From: Emiliania huxleyi CCMP1516
Lineage: Eukaryota
NCBI RefSeq assembly: GCF_000372725.1
Contig: NW_005201984.1
Location: 310,001-374,000 of the forward strand
DNA: 64,000 nucleotides
Reading direction: 5' to 3'
Shown: positions 33,909-46,355 of the stretch, one piece after another
How the letters are laid out: each line of letters opens with the position of its first letter
How positions within the stretch are numbered: position 1 is the stretch's first letter
Position numbers and translations under genes: made by a program
The notes under the pieces: generated by a model
Databases searched by the model: none
Told to the model about the DNA's origin: nothing
What the model saw: the letters and a program-made list of their open reading frames with translations, nothing else

Positions 33909-34678
33909 ATACTCCGACACATCGAAAGTGGGAGCGAAAACTCAGCCTTGAGTTCTCAGCGCCCTCACGGCCCGCCGATGGCAAACCCGACTCCCTCCAT
34001 CCGTGTGGCGCCGCCCGATGGTGCCGGGAACCCTATTCCGGAGCGATTTCCCCTAGGGTTAGCGCCGAGAAAGCCGGGCCCCTTAGCTCCGGCTAGGGCT
34101 GCGGGGCCTCCGAAGCCGACCCGAGGAAGGGCCGACTTAAGGGTTAGTATAGCGGGCCGATAAGGCCGCCCACACCCGCGAGGATGGCTGTGTGTTTGCC
34201 TCCCCGACTCGGACGGCCGCCTCAGAGGGCGGGAGTGCTTCCTATCGCCCTCTAACCCGCGGGTGATGGCCGAGTCCACGGAGCCGCACGCTGCCTCTCC
34301 TTCGACGCAAGGCTCCGACTTCTATAGAGAAAACCCCATCTGCACCAGCGTTTTAAAGTGAAATCGTCAAGAGAAATCGATGCACCGGGCTGGGCTTTGG
34401 GGTAGGCAGCCACCTTTTTGAAGGTGAGGCGTATCTGCCGACCTGTGAAGACGCTTTACTTGCGAGCAGTGCGTGGACCAGATGGCGCGAGGGCACCGCA
34501 ACATGGCTAAGGAGGCAGGGAAGCTTCTGCTCCGAGACGGCCGCTCAGGACCGCAAAATGGTGTTCCTGAAGGTTGTGTTAGTCGGGCTGGCCAGTCCCC
34601 GGGGCCTGACGGTCCAATGTTTCCCTCAAGAGTACTTCTCCCCTACCCCACCCTTCCACTTTAGATGTGTCGGACCAT
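33909..34678. mobile_element. 770-bp repeat, copy 1, with inverted ends
   Basis: Near-identical to 36340-37113. Ends are TCCGACACATCGAAAGTGG / CCACTTTAGATGTGTCGGA. Confidence 0.88.
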
Positions 34679-35334
34679 GCGGGGCGCGCGCACTAAGACA
34701 GTGATGGTAGCTCACCTAACCCGTCGCACCAGGGCTCCAATTCCATCTCTCGCTCGCGGATCTCGATCCTACCGTGCCAGTACGGCGGTCTGGGCACGAA
34801 ATTATTCCTCCCCCAGCGGTTCATGAAGATATAAAAGAAGAAACCGGTGTCGCCAGTGTGAACAGCGACTTTTGAGAGCTCACAGCTGCTGCCGAGCGCT
34901 CTGTGTCGCCCTGAACTCAGAGAGCCGCCCTCTGCGCGCGGGGCCTGGCGCACGCGATCCGGGCCATGCCGTTTAGCCGCCCCTTTGCCTGCCAGACGAC
35001 CAGCGCCCGCTGCCAGCGCAGCTGGTGTGGTGTCTTGATTTGGGCCGCGTGCGGCGAGGCGGCTCGCGCCGCCCGACAAAGCTAAACCTGCCTGCCACAC
35101 CGGCTTCTCTCGCCTCTCCAAGGGCGGCACCGCGTAGCACTGACTCACACACGCCCCTCCTCCGCGCGCGGGCGCGCGGCGCAGCCGCAGGCCGCTGCGG
35201 CGGTTCTGCTCCGCCCTTGCGCCGCGGCCTCATCGCCGCTGCCGCCGCCGACTCGGACAGAGGCACCACCGGCCAAAAATACGTGCCATCCAGGCCGTCG
35301 CGGCGGCGCCCCGAGTAGGTTCGGGTACGGGATG

Positions 35335-35965
35335 CTCACAACCCGCGCGATGGAGCGCGGGTCGGCCGTGAAAGGCGTCCGTAGGTGGCGGAGGACCGCG
35401 CTACTTTCGCCGATCATGCCGGTCGCGTCCAGGGTATCGGCACCGCCAAACGGACCTTCCCGGCTCTCTTAACGGTCCACACACGACTCCCCGGCGCGTC
35501 CCCGAGCAGACGCGCGTGCCTGCGGCTCACACGCCGCGCGAGGGCGCGCGGCTCGGTCGTGAAAGGCGTCGGTAGGCAGCGGAGGTCCGCGCTACTTTCG
35601 CCGATCATGCCGGTCGCGTCCAAGGTATCGGCACCGCCAAACGGACCTTCCCGGCTCTCTTAACGGTCCACACACGACTCCCCGGCGCGTCCCCGAGCAG
35701 ACGCGCGTGCCCGCGGCTCACACGCCGCGCGAGGGCGCGCGGCTCGGCCGTGGAAGGCGTCGGTAGGCAGCGGAGGACCGCGCTACTTTCGCCGATCATG
35801 CCGGTCGCATCCAAGGTATCGGCACCGTCAAACGGACCTTCCCGGCTCTCTTAACGGTCCACACACGACTCCCCGGCGCGTCCCCGAGCAGGCGCGCGTG
35901 CCTGCGGCTCACAACCCGCGCGAGAGCGCGCGGCTCGGCCTTCGAAGGCGTTGGGAGGCAGCGGC
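35335..35965. repeat. 191-bp tandem repeat, ~3.3 copies
   Basis: ctactttcgccgatcatgccggtcgc recurs at 35401, 35592 and 35783. Confidence 0.93.
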
Positions 35966-36339
35966 CGAGCCCGCCTTCACCGTGACGCCGTTCAAGTGCC
36001 TAAGGCGGTAGGCGGATCACCGCACTTCTCCCCGGCGAGATGAGGCCCTCCGCGCTAGAGGAGAGGCGGATCAGACTAGGAGGAGCGGCGGAGGCCATCA
36101 AGCTTGTCTCGAGTAGCCCTCGCGCGCGCGCAATCGCGTGGCGGCGGTAGACCGATTTTCGCCACCGAGACGAACACCGACTCAAAGGGTAGCCGTGACA
36201 ACTTCGTGTGTATAGCGGCTGATACGCTTGTTCATACCAATTCTTTGCACCTGCCGCTGCGGCGTGCCTCCGCCTCATCGCCCTCTCTGCGCTAGATCTG
36301 CTGACTAGCCCGAGAACGGGCAGAACGGGCCGTCCTCGC

Positions 36340-37113
36340 ATACTCCGACACATCGAAAGTGGGAGCGAAAACTCAGCCTTCAGTTCTCAGCGCCCTCACG
36401 GCCCGCCGATGGCAAACCCGACTCCCTCCATCCGTGTGGCGCCGCCCGATGGTGCCGGGAACCCTATTCCGGAGCGATTTCCCCTAGGGTTAGCGCCGAG
36501 AAAGCCGGGCCCCTTAGCTCCGGCTAGGGCTGCGGGGCCTCCGAAGCCGACCCGAGGAAGGGCCGACTTAAGGGTTAGTATAGCGGGCCGATAAGGCCGC
36601 CCACACCCGCGAGGATGGCTGTGTGTTTGCCTCCCCGACTCGGACGGCCGCCTCAGAGGGCGGGAGTGCTTCCTATCGCCCTCTCACCCGCGGGTGATGG
36701 CCGAGTCCACGGAGCCGCACGCTGCCTCTCCTTCGACGCAAGGCTCCGACTTCTATAGAGAAAACCCCATCTGCACCAGCGTTTTAAAGTGAAATCGTCA
36801 AGAGAAATCGATGCACCGGGCTGGGCTTTGGGGTAGGCAGCCACCTTTTTGAAGGTGAGGCGTATCTGCCGACCTGTGAAGACGCTTTACTTGCGAGCAG
36901 TGCGTGCGTGGACCAGATGGCGCGAGGGCACCGCAACATGGCTAAGGAGGCAGGGAAGCTTCTGCTCCGAGACGGCCGCTCAGGACCGCAAAATGGTGTT
37001 CCTGAAGGTTGTGTTAGTCGGGCTGGCCAGTCCCCGGGGCCTGACGGTCCAATGTTTCCCTCAAGAGTACTTCTCCCCTACCCCACCCTTCCACTTTAGA
37101 TGTGTCGGACCAT
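36340..37113. mobile_element. 774-bp repeat, copy 2 (direct orientation)
   Basis: By eye it differs from copy 1 only by a couple of substitutions and a 4-bp duplication. Confidence 0.88.
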
Positions 37114-38186
37114 ACGTGTTCTTGTCTCCCAACCAGCACTCGAGAGACACGAATTCCGCTGTATTCAGCTGTGTTCGCTGTATTCGCACCCCTCGTACTC
37201 ACGCGGTTCTCTGAAGACACTGCACAACACCGTCTTCCCGCCCTGATGTTGGTGTGTTCAGCGCGTAGGCGCCTGGCCCGCCCTCCTCGCCGCCTATGAC
37301 GACCTCGCGGCCGAGTCCAAGGCACGGCGCCCCTGCCCCCCGCGCTGCACTTCGCTTTTGGCGGGCAGGTGGGTTTTCTTTTTTAGACACGGCGCCCCTG
37401 CCTCAACCTCGCGGCGCAGGCGGCGCGGGCGACGGACTCGGACCGCGCGCCGGAGCTCGCGGCACTCGCGGCGGCGGCCTGAGCGACCGGGGCCACTCGC
37501 CCCTAGGGTTCGGGTACCATGAGGGTAGGGAGTGGGTGCGGTACCGTGGGGGTAGGGGAGGTGCCGGAGCGACCCGGGCCACTCGTCCCTCTACGGTGCG
37601 GGGTGTGGAGGGTGAGTTGCACACAGGGGTTGTGCGCCGGGCCCTCCTGCTCGGCGCCAGTGGAGTAGACAAGGGTTGACACATCTCTTTTAAATAAGCA
37701 TCAAGATCGACAGAGCTCAGAGGAGACGGATCTGACCGCTGGGGCTGATGTGGCCCAAGCGCTGTGGTACGTGGTAGCGCAATAAAACCACCACCGCCGC
37801 CTCAACCCGGGGTACCATACGTACTTGTGACACCCCCCCTGTCTAGGCGCGAGGAGGTGGGCATCGCGCGGAGGTGACCGGAGAGTGGAAGCTGACAGTG
37901 GTCCGCGTCCGTGCGCCGTGGAGCGCGCGGCGATGGCGGCTGGCTGGCCCCGACGGCGACGATAGATGGCACTCGCGCGTGTGAAACGGCACTTTTTCGT
38001 CGGCGGGCGCCGCCCACACACAAACACACGCAACACCCTTCTCTGCCACACGCGACACGCCTCTCTCTCTCTCTCCCTCTCTGCACTCTGCACTCGAGGG
38101 CGTTCTCAGTCTGGAGGCAGCCACGCTCAGCTCATCCTCTCGCTCCTGCGACTTCCATTCTGTTCACGAAGTGTGGTAGTACGTAT

Positions 38187-38284
38187 AAGAAACCACGGCG
38201 TGGGGTGGGTGAGGGGTGTGGAAAGGCTTAGAAACGGCGGCGTGCCGCGCGATCCTGTTTTCTTTTAATGCCCGCAACCCACTG
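38187..38284. mobile_element. Right end of a second copy of the mariner-type MITE
   Basis: taagaaaccacggcgtggggtggg...aatgcccgcaacccactg|TA matches 23356-23453. Confidence 0.85.
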
Positions 38285-38420
38285 TATCGCGTTCTCAGTT
38301 GTTGTCCTGTTTGATCATCTGTGCCTTCGTGCCTTCTCATTCTACATCTCACGGCGATGCTCCCCACCACCGCGCTCCTCCTCTGCTACTCGCACGCCGG
38401 TGTGGCCTCTATCGCTAATG
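38285..38420 (+). mobile_element. Fragment of the 3' non-coding region of the copia-like element (inverted copy at ~62885-63027)
   Basis: tgtcctgtttgat..tctgtgccttcgtg..catctcacggcgatgctc.ccaccaccgcgctcctcctctgct is shared. Confidence 0.75.
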
Positions 38421-38521
38421 GACCATGCCCGCCTCCCGCCCGGTGGCTCCAACCACAGCCCGCCTCACCGTCGGCGAAGCACCTCGGGCCCTTCGCGGCT
38501 GCGTTGTCTGTCCGGCTCCAC

Positions 38522-38634
38522 GATAATCTACCCTTGCACTGGCCGAGACACTTCCGCGCGGGCCGAGGGACTCATCGGCCCCTCACATCCCGGAGGGACG
38601 GCGGACGAGCCGGCCAGTGCAAGGGTAGATTATC
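38522..38634. repeat. Perfect 24-bp inverted repeat, possibly a tiny MITE
   Basis: GATAATCTACCCTTGCACTGGCCG (38522-38545) and its reverse complement (38611-38634). Confidence 0.85.
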
Positions 38635-39436
38635 ATAAATAATAAATAAATTGCAGTGAAAATCCAAAATCCAAATCGCAAACATACAAACCCAAACACA
38701 CACAGCCACGTCGCAGAGGAGAGTATATAGGAGGTGAAAGGAGGTCAGCACAATTTCCAAGTTCGCACGAGCGAGCGAGAAGCACAGACAGACAGCAAGC
38801 AGACAGATGACGTGCATGCGCAAGCACAGATGTGCATGTGCATGTTGTTGTTGTCATGTCTCACGTCATGTGTCCCCGCCCTGCACGATCTTGGTATGAG
38901 GGATCTTCAATCCCCGTCCCCTCCACCCCTGGTCACTACCCGACACTCTAGAAGAGCGGCGAGTTGGGGCTGTTGCTACGGCTGCGGCTGCGAGAGGGGC
39001 CGGGGTCGCGGGAGAGCCGCTGCGCAGCGTGGACGCGCGCACACCGCTCTTGCTCCGCTCGCCACCTCTCGCAAAGGTCCACAAAGTCATAGCCACACCA
39101 CCTTCTCCGGCAAGTCCTTTCGCCGCACGATCTTGCCGTCTCTCCACGCCTGGAAGAGCTCGTCGGCATAGCCGCATATTGGTTATTGCATGATCACAGC
39201 CTCCTCATCTGCGCGTTGGGTCTAGAACCCCCTGCCACACCTCTCTCATCATCGGCTTCTCGCATGGCTCTTAATTTCTCAGTGTGTTTTTTACCAACAA
39301 CGTATTTTCCGGCGCCGCGCAGTGTGCTAGGCAGACCAAACACCGACAGTCAAGTGCGGCGTCGGGCGAAAGCCCCAGAGGCAACGCCTGGTTCAGCACG
39401 CGATGAAGCCAACCTGGGCGCAATGACACGAGTAGA

Positions 39437-42400
39437 TCACAGAAGAGACTCCTTCCCTCCCACTCGCTCCGCAGGGGACCGGGCGGGAGGCTCGAGGGAG
39501 TCCTTCCCGTCGTCGAACGCGCCCTTTATGGTGGTGATTTGGTAGGCCGGCGGTGGCGCGTCCTCTGCGTCGCCGTCGTCGTCCTCACTGTCGGGCTCGA
39601 GGTAGCTGTAGCTCAAGATCTCGGGCTCGCGTGGGCCGGCGCTGGCCACGCTCAGAGCGTCGCGCACCTACGGACGCAAAGTGTGGCGTCTCGCGGGCCT
39701 CGCTGCGCGGGCACCGCCCTCTTCTCTCTGCACGCCGAGGCGCTGAGGGACGCAACCATCGCGGTGACGCGGCCAGAGGCGGCGTCCCCCCGCAGCGTCG
39801 TCGGCTGCGGCTCGATGGTGCGCTTGTACAGCCGGGCGCTCGCGTGCAGCGCCTATGGACACCGGCGTGGCCGGGGTGACGCTCCTCTCGATATGCGGCG
39901 CCCACACGGGCTCGCTCCAGTGCCGTCTCGAATCCGTCGCGGTCAAAGAGCGCGGCAGACTTGCGCCTCTCGGGCTTCCGGCCGTGCGCCAGCCGCTTCA
40001 CGTCGTTTGGCTCGCGTGGCGAGGTTTTGGCGCCCCCGTTGTTCTCGGCTGGTCGCTTCCGCCTCTTGCGGCGCGCGCCCTTGCTCCGATTCATCGCCTC
40101 CGAGAGCTCCGACTCGAGCAGGTCGAGCAGGTTCCCAAAGAGGTACGACGGGAAGATGGATGCCTTTTGCGCTTGCAGCAGGTCCCACCACTGGACGACG
40201 CTCTTCTCGCGGGCGGGCGAGGGGGGATGCCCCCCGGCGGGCTCGATGTCGATGTCGAGCCGATCCAACACCGCGCGACCCCTCACGCTGGTCGCCGCCT
40301 CGCGCTGAAGCTTGGCGATGTACGCTAGGCCGTACAGGCCGAGAACGACGTCGACGAGCAACCACTTGTCGGAATCGACGGTGAAGTCGCCCATAAAGAC
40401 CTTGATGGAGGTCTCGAGCCACGAAGCGACGTCGAGGACCGGGTGCAGCCCGACCGCGGCGCCGTCGTGCAGCTCGCAGTAGTGCATCGCCTCGACGCCG
40501 TTGGCCGCCATGAAGGCCCACTGCTCGAGGCGGCACCAGCCGCGCGCGAGGTAGGTCTCGTTGTCGCAGCGGAGGCGCGTGTCGAGGTGGAAGGTCTCGG
40601 GGGCGCACACGATGAAGTGGCAGGTGCATGCGGCGTACAGGCCGATGGAGCCGATCGCGAGCGTCTTGGTCGCGTCGTTGGCCTGAGGGATGCTGTGATA
40701 GTCGCACCAGATGTGGCAGTCCTCGAGCGCAAGGCCGTGCTTTTCCGCCAGCAGCTCGACCGCCCGGATCATGATCGGATAGTGCGCGAGGTGCGGGTCG
40801 GGCGTGGAGAAGGCGAGCCATTGGTGCGAGATGAAGATCAGCGGGTGCCTCGCGGCGAAGGACGTGGCCTTCTCCCACGAGTCGCAGCACACGAGCACGT
40901 TTGCGTCGCGCGCCTCCTCGTACGAGACCAGCCGTCCAAACTCGCGCAAGCGGGTGAGCGGCATCGTACAGAGGGGGAACTTGAGCGTGGTCGCGTCGTG
41001 GATCGCCGTGCGCACGCGCTTGTTCTGCTCGCGCCGCTCCCTCCGCGCGGCGGCGAGGGCGGCCCGCTGCTGGATGCACGTGCGGCGCGCGCAGACGCAC
41101 AGTGCGATGAGGAACAGGGCGAAGGCGAGGCCGCCGAGGAAGAGGAGGACGAGCGACAACGTGTCGGTCACGCACACACTGCCAGTCACCGACGACCCTC
41201 TGTTGCAGCCGCAAGTTTTATCCGTGAGCTCAATCAAGCCATCGGGGCACTTTATCTGTACCTGGATCATCGCGTAGGTGGCCGTTGTTGGATCACCCTC
41301 GTCGAGCAAGTACTCTCCGCACGGCTGCTCCCTCCCGTCCGACTGGTTCACGAGAAAGAGCAGGAGGTTGTAAGTCTGGACCGTTTGGGGGGCTAGGGTG
41401 AGAGTGTACTTGCCCTTCGAGTCGTACGTGATATTTTTCTTTTGCTGGAAGCAGTCAAATGGGTTGGTCGAGTTGCGGTAGCCAAATTGGTCCTTGACAT
41501 AGTTGTAGCACGAATGTCCGGTTCCTTTTAGCCAGCAGCCCTCAGTCGTGTACACGAACTCCGGTGTGCGTGGATCGAAGCCGACGTCCCTCACGACCAC
41601 GCCCCTCGCGTCATGTGCCCCTGCCGTTTCCGTCTTAGGTGTCTCATCTCCCAACGGGTGCTTGAGGTTGAACCCTTCAAAGTCGCAGATCGTGAAGGGG
41701 ATCTCGATGGGGTTGCCGTCCGCACCCAGGCCGCCGGTTGTGCCGAGATCGAACACCCACCTGTGCCTGTACTGGGTAGCGTTGTCTGCCTCGATGGCCG
41801 CCTGCCTCTCCCCACCATAGACGCAGCGGTGCGCGCGCGGCTTGCCCCACATGCTGGTCTTGGGGCTCACGACAAATCCAAACGTGGCCGGGATGCTCGC
41901 AATCACGTTTTCCTCTGACCTCATCCTGCCATTGGCATTGCCGCCGGGTAGGGGTTCGGCGGTTGCGGACGGGTCAGACGAGAGCATGTCGATCGCTCCG
42001 TCGATCACTCCGCCGATCGCACCGGTGATTGCGTCGGTGACGCCTCTGCCTCCGCCCAGAGGGATGCGACGGGTTGTGATGGGGCGAGATCTGTCGAGCA
42101 CGCTCACCGTGACGTTCAGCTTGGCTATGAACGTATCCTTCTCCCTGACGCCCGCGGTCGTCGCGGTCACATTTGCGATGACCCTGCCTCCAACCGGGTC
42201 AATCTGCTCGTCGGCTGGGATGACACCCCGAGTTGGCTCCACCGTCAGCCACTCTGACCAGTCGGGGTGGTTTGTGTCGATGCTCCACTGAATCTCCTGC
42301 TTTTGGATGCCAGTAGCTGTGGTCTCAACGAGGAACATCTTTAGCGGACGCACCTGCACGTCATTCTCCCACGTCTTGGTGAGCTCGAGGGGCTCTTCAT

Positions 42401-45026
42401 TGCGGTGGTCCAGCCCGATGCTTCTCACCTCGCGCGGCGACAGGCATCCGTATTCTCGCACGTAGGGCGCGAGCGATTTGCCCTCCCAATGCGGGGCATC
42501 GGGCGCCGGCAGGTTCGGCTCCTCGCACGTGCATTTCGAAGTGGACAGGTTTGCGGTCTCTGAGACGTTGTGAGGGGAACAGACAGCTCCAGTCTCGCAA
42601 GTGCTTTGCGCGCTGCACGGCTCTGACCACAGCGACTTGCGCATGACTGCGACCCCATCGGCGGAGCAAACCATGGTTTCACCGTCACAGGCCAGCGTGC
42701 TGGGGCATTTGGCATTGGAGTCACGGGGAAGTGTGTACTGCAGCTCGAACAGCGCAATGCGAGGTTGCGGCGCCTCTTCCCAATCCGCTTGCGACTTGAT
42801 CACGTCCGGCTCCACCCCCAATCGCGTCAAGTAGATTCTAACGTCGTCGCCAACGTCGAAACCGTCGTCCGCGCCCGGTCTCTCCCGTAAATCCGGACTC
42901 TCATACCCCCAGAAGTCGGCTAGTTGGCCGGAGATGTAGGCACCCCACCAGGACAGCTCGAAGGGCCTCAAGGGTGCGACGATGGGGGAGGCTACTCTCT
43001 TTGACCAGTCGATCGAGGGATGGAGGAGGTCCGTCCGGAGGAGATTCTTTGCCTGGTTGTCGATTATGGCTACACTCGCATCGATGCAGGGCAGCTCAAT
43101 CTGCAGCTGGACAGCGAGGAGTGAGGACCCGCTCTGAATCATGAACGAGGCGACGCCTCCTAAGAGCATGTCATTTGAGCGCGCCTCCTTGTTCTCTCGA
43201 AACACCGAGTGGTAGATCTCGACGACGCTCGTGTCGCCCACAGACACCACTGCGTACCTGCTACTTTCTCGGACCGCAGCCGGGTCGGTGCTGTCGGTGC
43301 TGCGGGGGTCGATGAGCGTGCATTTCTCGACGCTCGAGTTGGTCATCGTTAGCCTGCCCTGTCCTAGCACGATGATGATGCCGCCAGTCTCGGCCGACTC
43401 GTAGGAGCCCGAGACGGAGACGCCTTTCCAGTGGCATTGCGTGACTGTCGATTCGTTCATCATTTTCAGGTCTCCTTCAATATAGAGCGTGCCCCCGAGC
43501 AGTTCCGAGTGGCATTTCGAGACGGTGGTGTTGTGCATGGTCACATTGGCCGTGTGCGCGGTGTAGATGGCGGCCCCCTGCCCGTAGAAGCCCTCGTGGA
43601 GCTGGCACCGTTCGAGCCTCGATGCGTTCAGTACCACCAAGGAGCCCGAGGTGGCCTCCAATCCGCCGCCGTTCCTCTTAGCGCGGCAGTCTCGGATGCT
43701 GACCGTGTTCCCGTGCAGTGTACCGCCGCGGATTGAGAGGCCGCCCCCATCTCCGCCGTCGAAAGCACACTCATCGGTGGCCGGACCCGCGTAGCACCAG
43801 CTGATTTCGGTGCCTCGTATGGTCACCGCTGCGACCTCACTGTAGAGCCCTCCTCCCGCCTCGACGGCAGTGCAGCTCTGGATGTTACAGTCCATCAGCC
43901 AGAGGGTGCCGCCTCTCGCCCAGATCGCGCCACCCTGCCTCCCTGCATTACAGTCTTTCAGGCTAGTACGGAGCAGCACCCCGTGGCCTGACCGCCCGAG
44001 CGAAACGCCGCCCGCGTTGGAGAGGGAGCTGCAGCTGGAGAGGTTGGAGTCATGCATGTCGATGAAGGCGCCGTCCTCGGCCGCAATGCCTCCGCCCGAC
44101 CCGTCCGAGTGGCACCCCTGCAGCGCGGACCCGGACACGTAGGCGAACGACCGCGCGATGAGGAGCACGCAGCCGCCCAGCCGCGTCGCCCGCGAGTCCT
44201 GCAGCAGGCTCTCGATCACCACGAGGAGGCCATGAGACGCGAAGATGGCGCCACCGTCGAGGGCCGAGTTGTTTCGTAGGGTTGTCCTGTTGAGCAAGAC
44301 ATGCCCCGCGTACACCGCGATCGCACCGCCATATGGGTTGGTGGCTGTGTGCCCGTTGTCTGTCACGTCGCTGTCGCCCTCCCTCATCCGGCAGCCCGAC
44401 ACCTCGAGCTCAATGAGGTTAAGCCGCGCTCCGACGTTGACGAGGAAACAGCCGCCGCCACTGTGCCCTCGTGTGATCTCACTGCCTCCCTCACCTCCCC
44501 ACGTGCAGCCGTCGCGCACGTGCACCCTCCGCAGAGCGAGCGTCGTGAATTGTTTCAATATGAAGGCGCGCGAGGAGCCCTCGGCGTCGATGGTGGCGCC
44601 TTTGCCCAAGGATTCGATGGTGACGAAGCCGGTAGCGATTACAATCGGCTGTCCAGCGAGCGCAATGACTGCGCCTTCGGCCAAGCAGAGCCTCACCGCC
44701 GTCACATTCTCTGCGACTGCCTCCCTTATCTCAGCCGCGGTGCTGACGATGCGGGGCGGCGGAGGGGAGGGCGGAGGTGGGGACACGGGCGGCAGCGGCG
44801 GCGCAAAGGGAGCGGGGGGCGATGGCGGTGGCGGCAAGGGTGGCGGGGGTGAGGGCGGTGGAGGAGGTGGCGGCGATGAGGGTGGTGGCGGAGATGGCGG
44901 CGCGGGCGGCTCTGGCGGTGACAGAGGGAGAGGTGGCGGCGGCAGAGGCGGCCGGCGTGAAGGCGGCGATCCGAGGGCTGGTGGCACTGCGAAGGGTGCG
45001 AGCAAAAGAAGGGCTGCAGTGTGCAT
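39437..45026 (-). CDS. Single-pass receptor-like protein: signal peptide, Pro-rich linker, parallel beta-helix repeats, Cys-rich segments, TM helix and cytoplasmic HET/TIR-like domain
   Basis: One exon of >5 kb plus small 3' exons (acceptors at ~39853 and ~39668). Signal MHTAALLLLAPFAV; GGAI/GGGI repeats; TM LSLVLLFLGGLAFALFLIALCVCA; cytoplasmic FISHQW..PDP..IWCDYHSIPQ..AIGSIGLYA..YLARGWCRLE. Confidence 0.8.
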
Positions 45027-45476
45027 GACGGCCGCGAGAGCGACGCCGCACGGAACCGGACTGCGACTGCTGGACGTGCGAGTTTGCTGCTCTAAGAATT
45101 TCCAAGCCGGGCAGGCATGGGAAGGACAAGCGTCGGCGCCGTCGCAAGAGCGATGACCGCGAGGTGGCATGACCGCGAGACAGACATCGGATGGCGCGGA
45201 CAGAGAGAATTACGAGAGTGGGACGACCGCGAGGTGGCATGAAGGTGGTCGCTGCGAGAATTGGAGAGAGCCTGAGACGAGAGATAGGGAGAGGCAGACG
45301 GCCCCCCGAGGGCAAGCATGGGAGACGGACGGAGCACGGGAGTACCCGTGTGGACCGGAGGTAACATCGATCGAGGTTAGCAGATGCCCCTGGGGCTTAG
45401 AAAAGAAACTCGGTGCCGGATTTTTGCAGCCAGCTCCTCCTCGTTCACTGCTGCTGCTCGCCCCTGAGCCGTGCAC

Positions 45477-45985
45477 ATGGCCCTCCTTGGTCCCGCTTTG
45501 TTCCTACTCGCCTCCGCGGAGGCGCTGCTGCCGGCGACGCTCGCGCGGCCAGCGTCGGCTGCGCCTCGCCCTCGCATTGCGTCGCCGCCTCGGCTCATGG
45601 AGACGACTGAGGATCGGATCAAGGCGATGGTTGAGGGCAACAAAATATTTCTCTTCATGAAGGGCTCGAAGCTCTTCCCGCAGTGCGGGTTCTCTAACAC
45701 GGCGGTGCAGATTCTCAACTCGTACAACGTCGAGTACGAGACGTTTGACGTCCTCGCAGACAATGCCGTTCGCGACGGCGTCAAAACGTGCGGCGCCGCG
45801 CTCGGTTTGTGCGCAAGCAGCCACCCAGCTCCCACCTGCCGCCGCGTCGTGCCAGGTACTCGAACTGGCCCACCATCCCGCAGTGCTACATCGAGGGCGA
45901 GTTTGTGGGCGGGTGCGACCTGCTCATCGAGATGTACCAGTCGGGGGAGCTGTCCGAGATGGTCGAGAAGGCCGCCGCGTCGTAG
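45477..45985 (+). CDS. Monothiol CGFS glutaredoxin, plastid-type
   Basis: [24 protein letters not shown]...[28 protein letters not shown]; intron ~45788-45856; bipartite leader. Confidence 0.93.
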
Positions 45986-46355
45986 CGAAAGGCTTGCGCG
46001 CGGCGCGTCGCATCGACTCTCCTTGCGCGATAGCGGTACCGCTGTCTGGAGATGGGGCATATCGGCTTGGACTTGGCCCGACTGTGCGGTGCGTCGGACA
46101 CACGCGGTTCGGCTCTCTAACTATATACGTTATGTGTGTGGCGGTGCGCACCCATAGGAGGGCGTGCAGGTTTCATGTAGACGCGTCTGTACAGGATCGG
46201 TCCATACAACCTTTGGCACAAAAGAAAACATATACCCGCGCCGCCGCGGCGCGCGGAGGCGGGCGCGGTTCGTCTGTGCGCGGTGGCGCTCACCAGACCA
46301 AATTCAGTGTTGAGCAAACCCGTCACCGTACTCCGTCGTGGGGGACCCGTTTTGC

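Noticed and set aside
34050..34065. CTAACCCTA on the minus strand as a telomerase RNA template
   Set aside because: Only a 9-nt match, located in a duplicated mobile-like repeat, with no other supporting features
33909..37113. Canonical LTR retrotransposon or hammerhead retrozyme
   Set aside because: No TG..CA termini, PBS, PPT or gag/pol, and no CUGANGA..GAAA core found by eye
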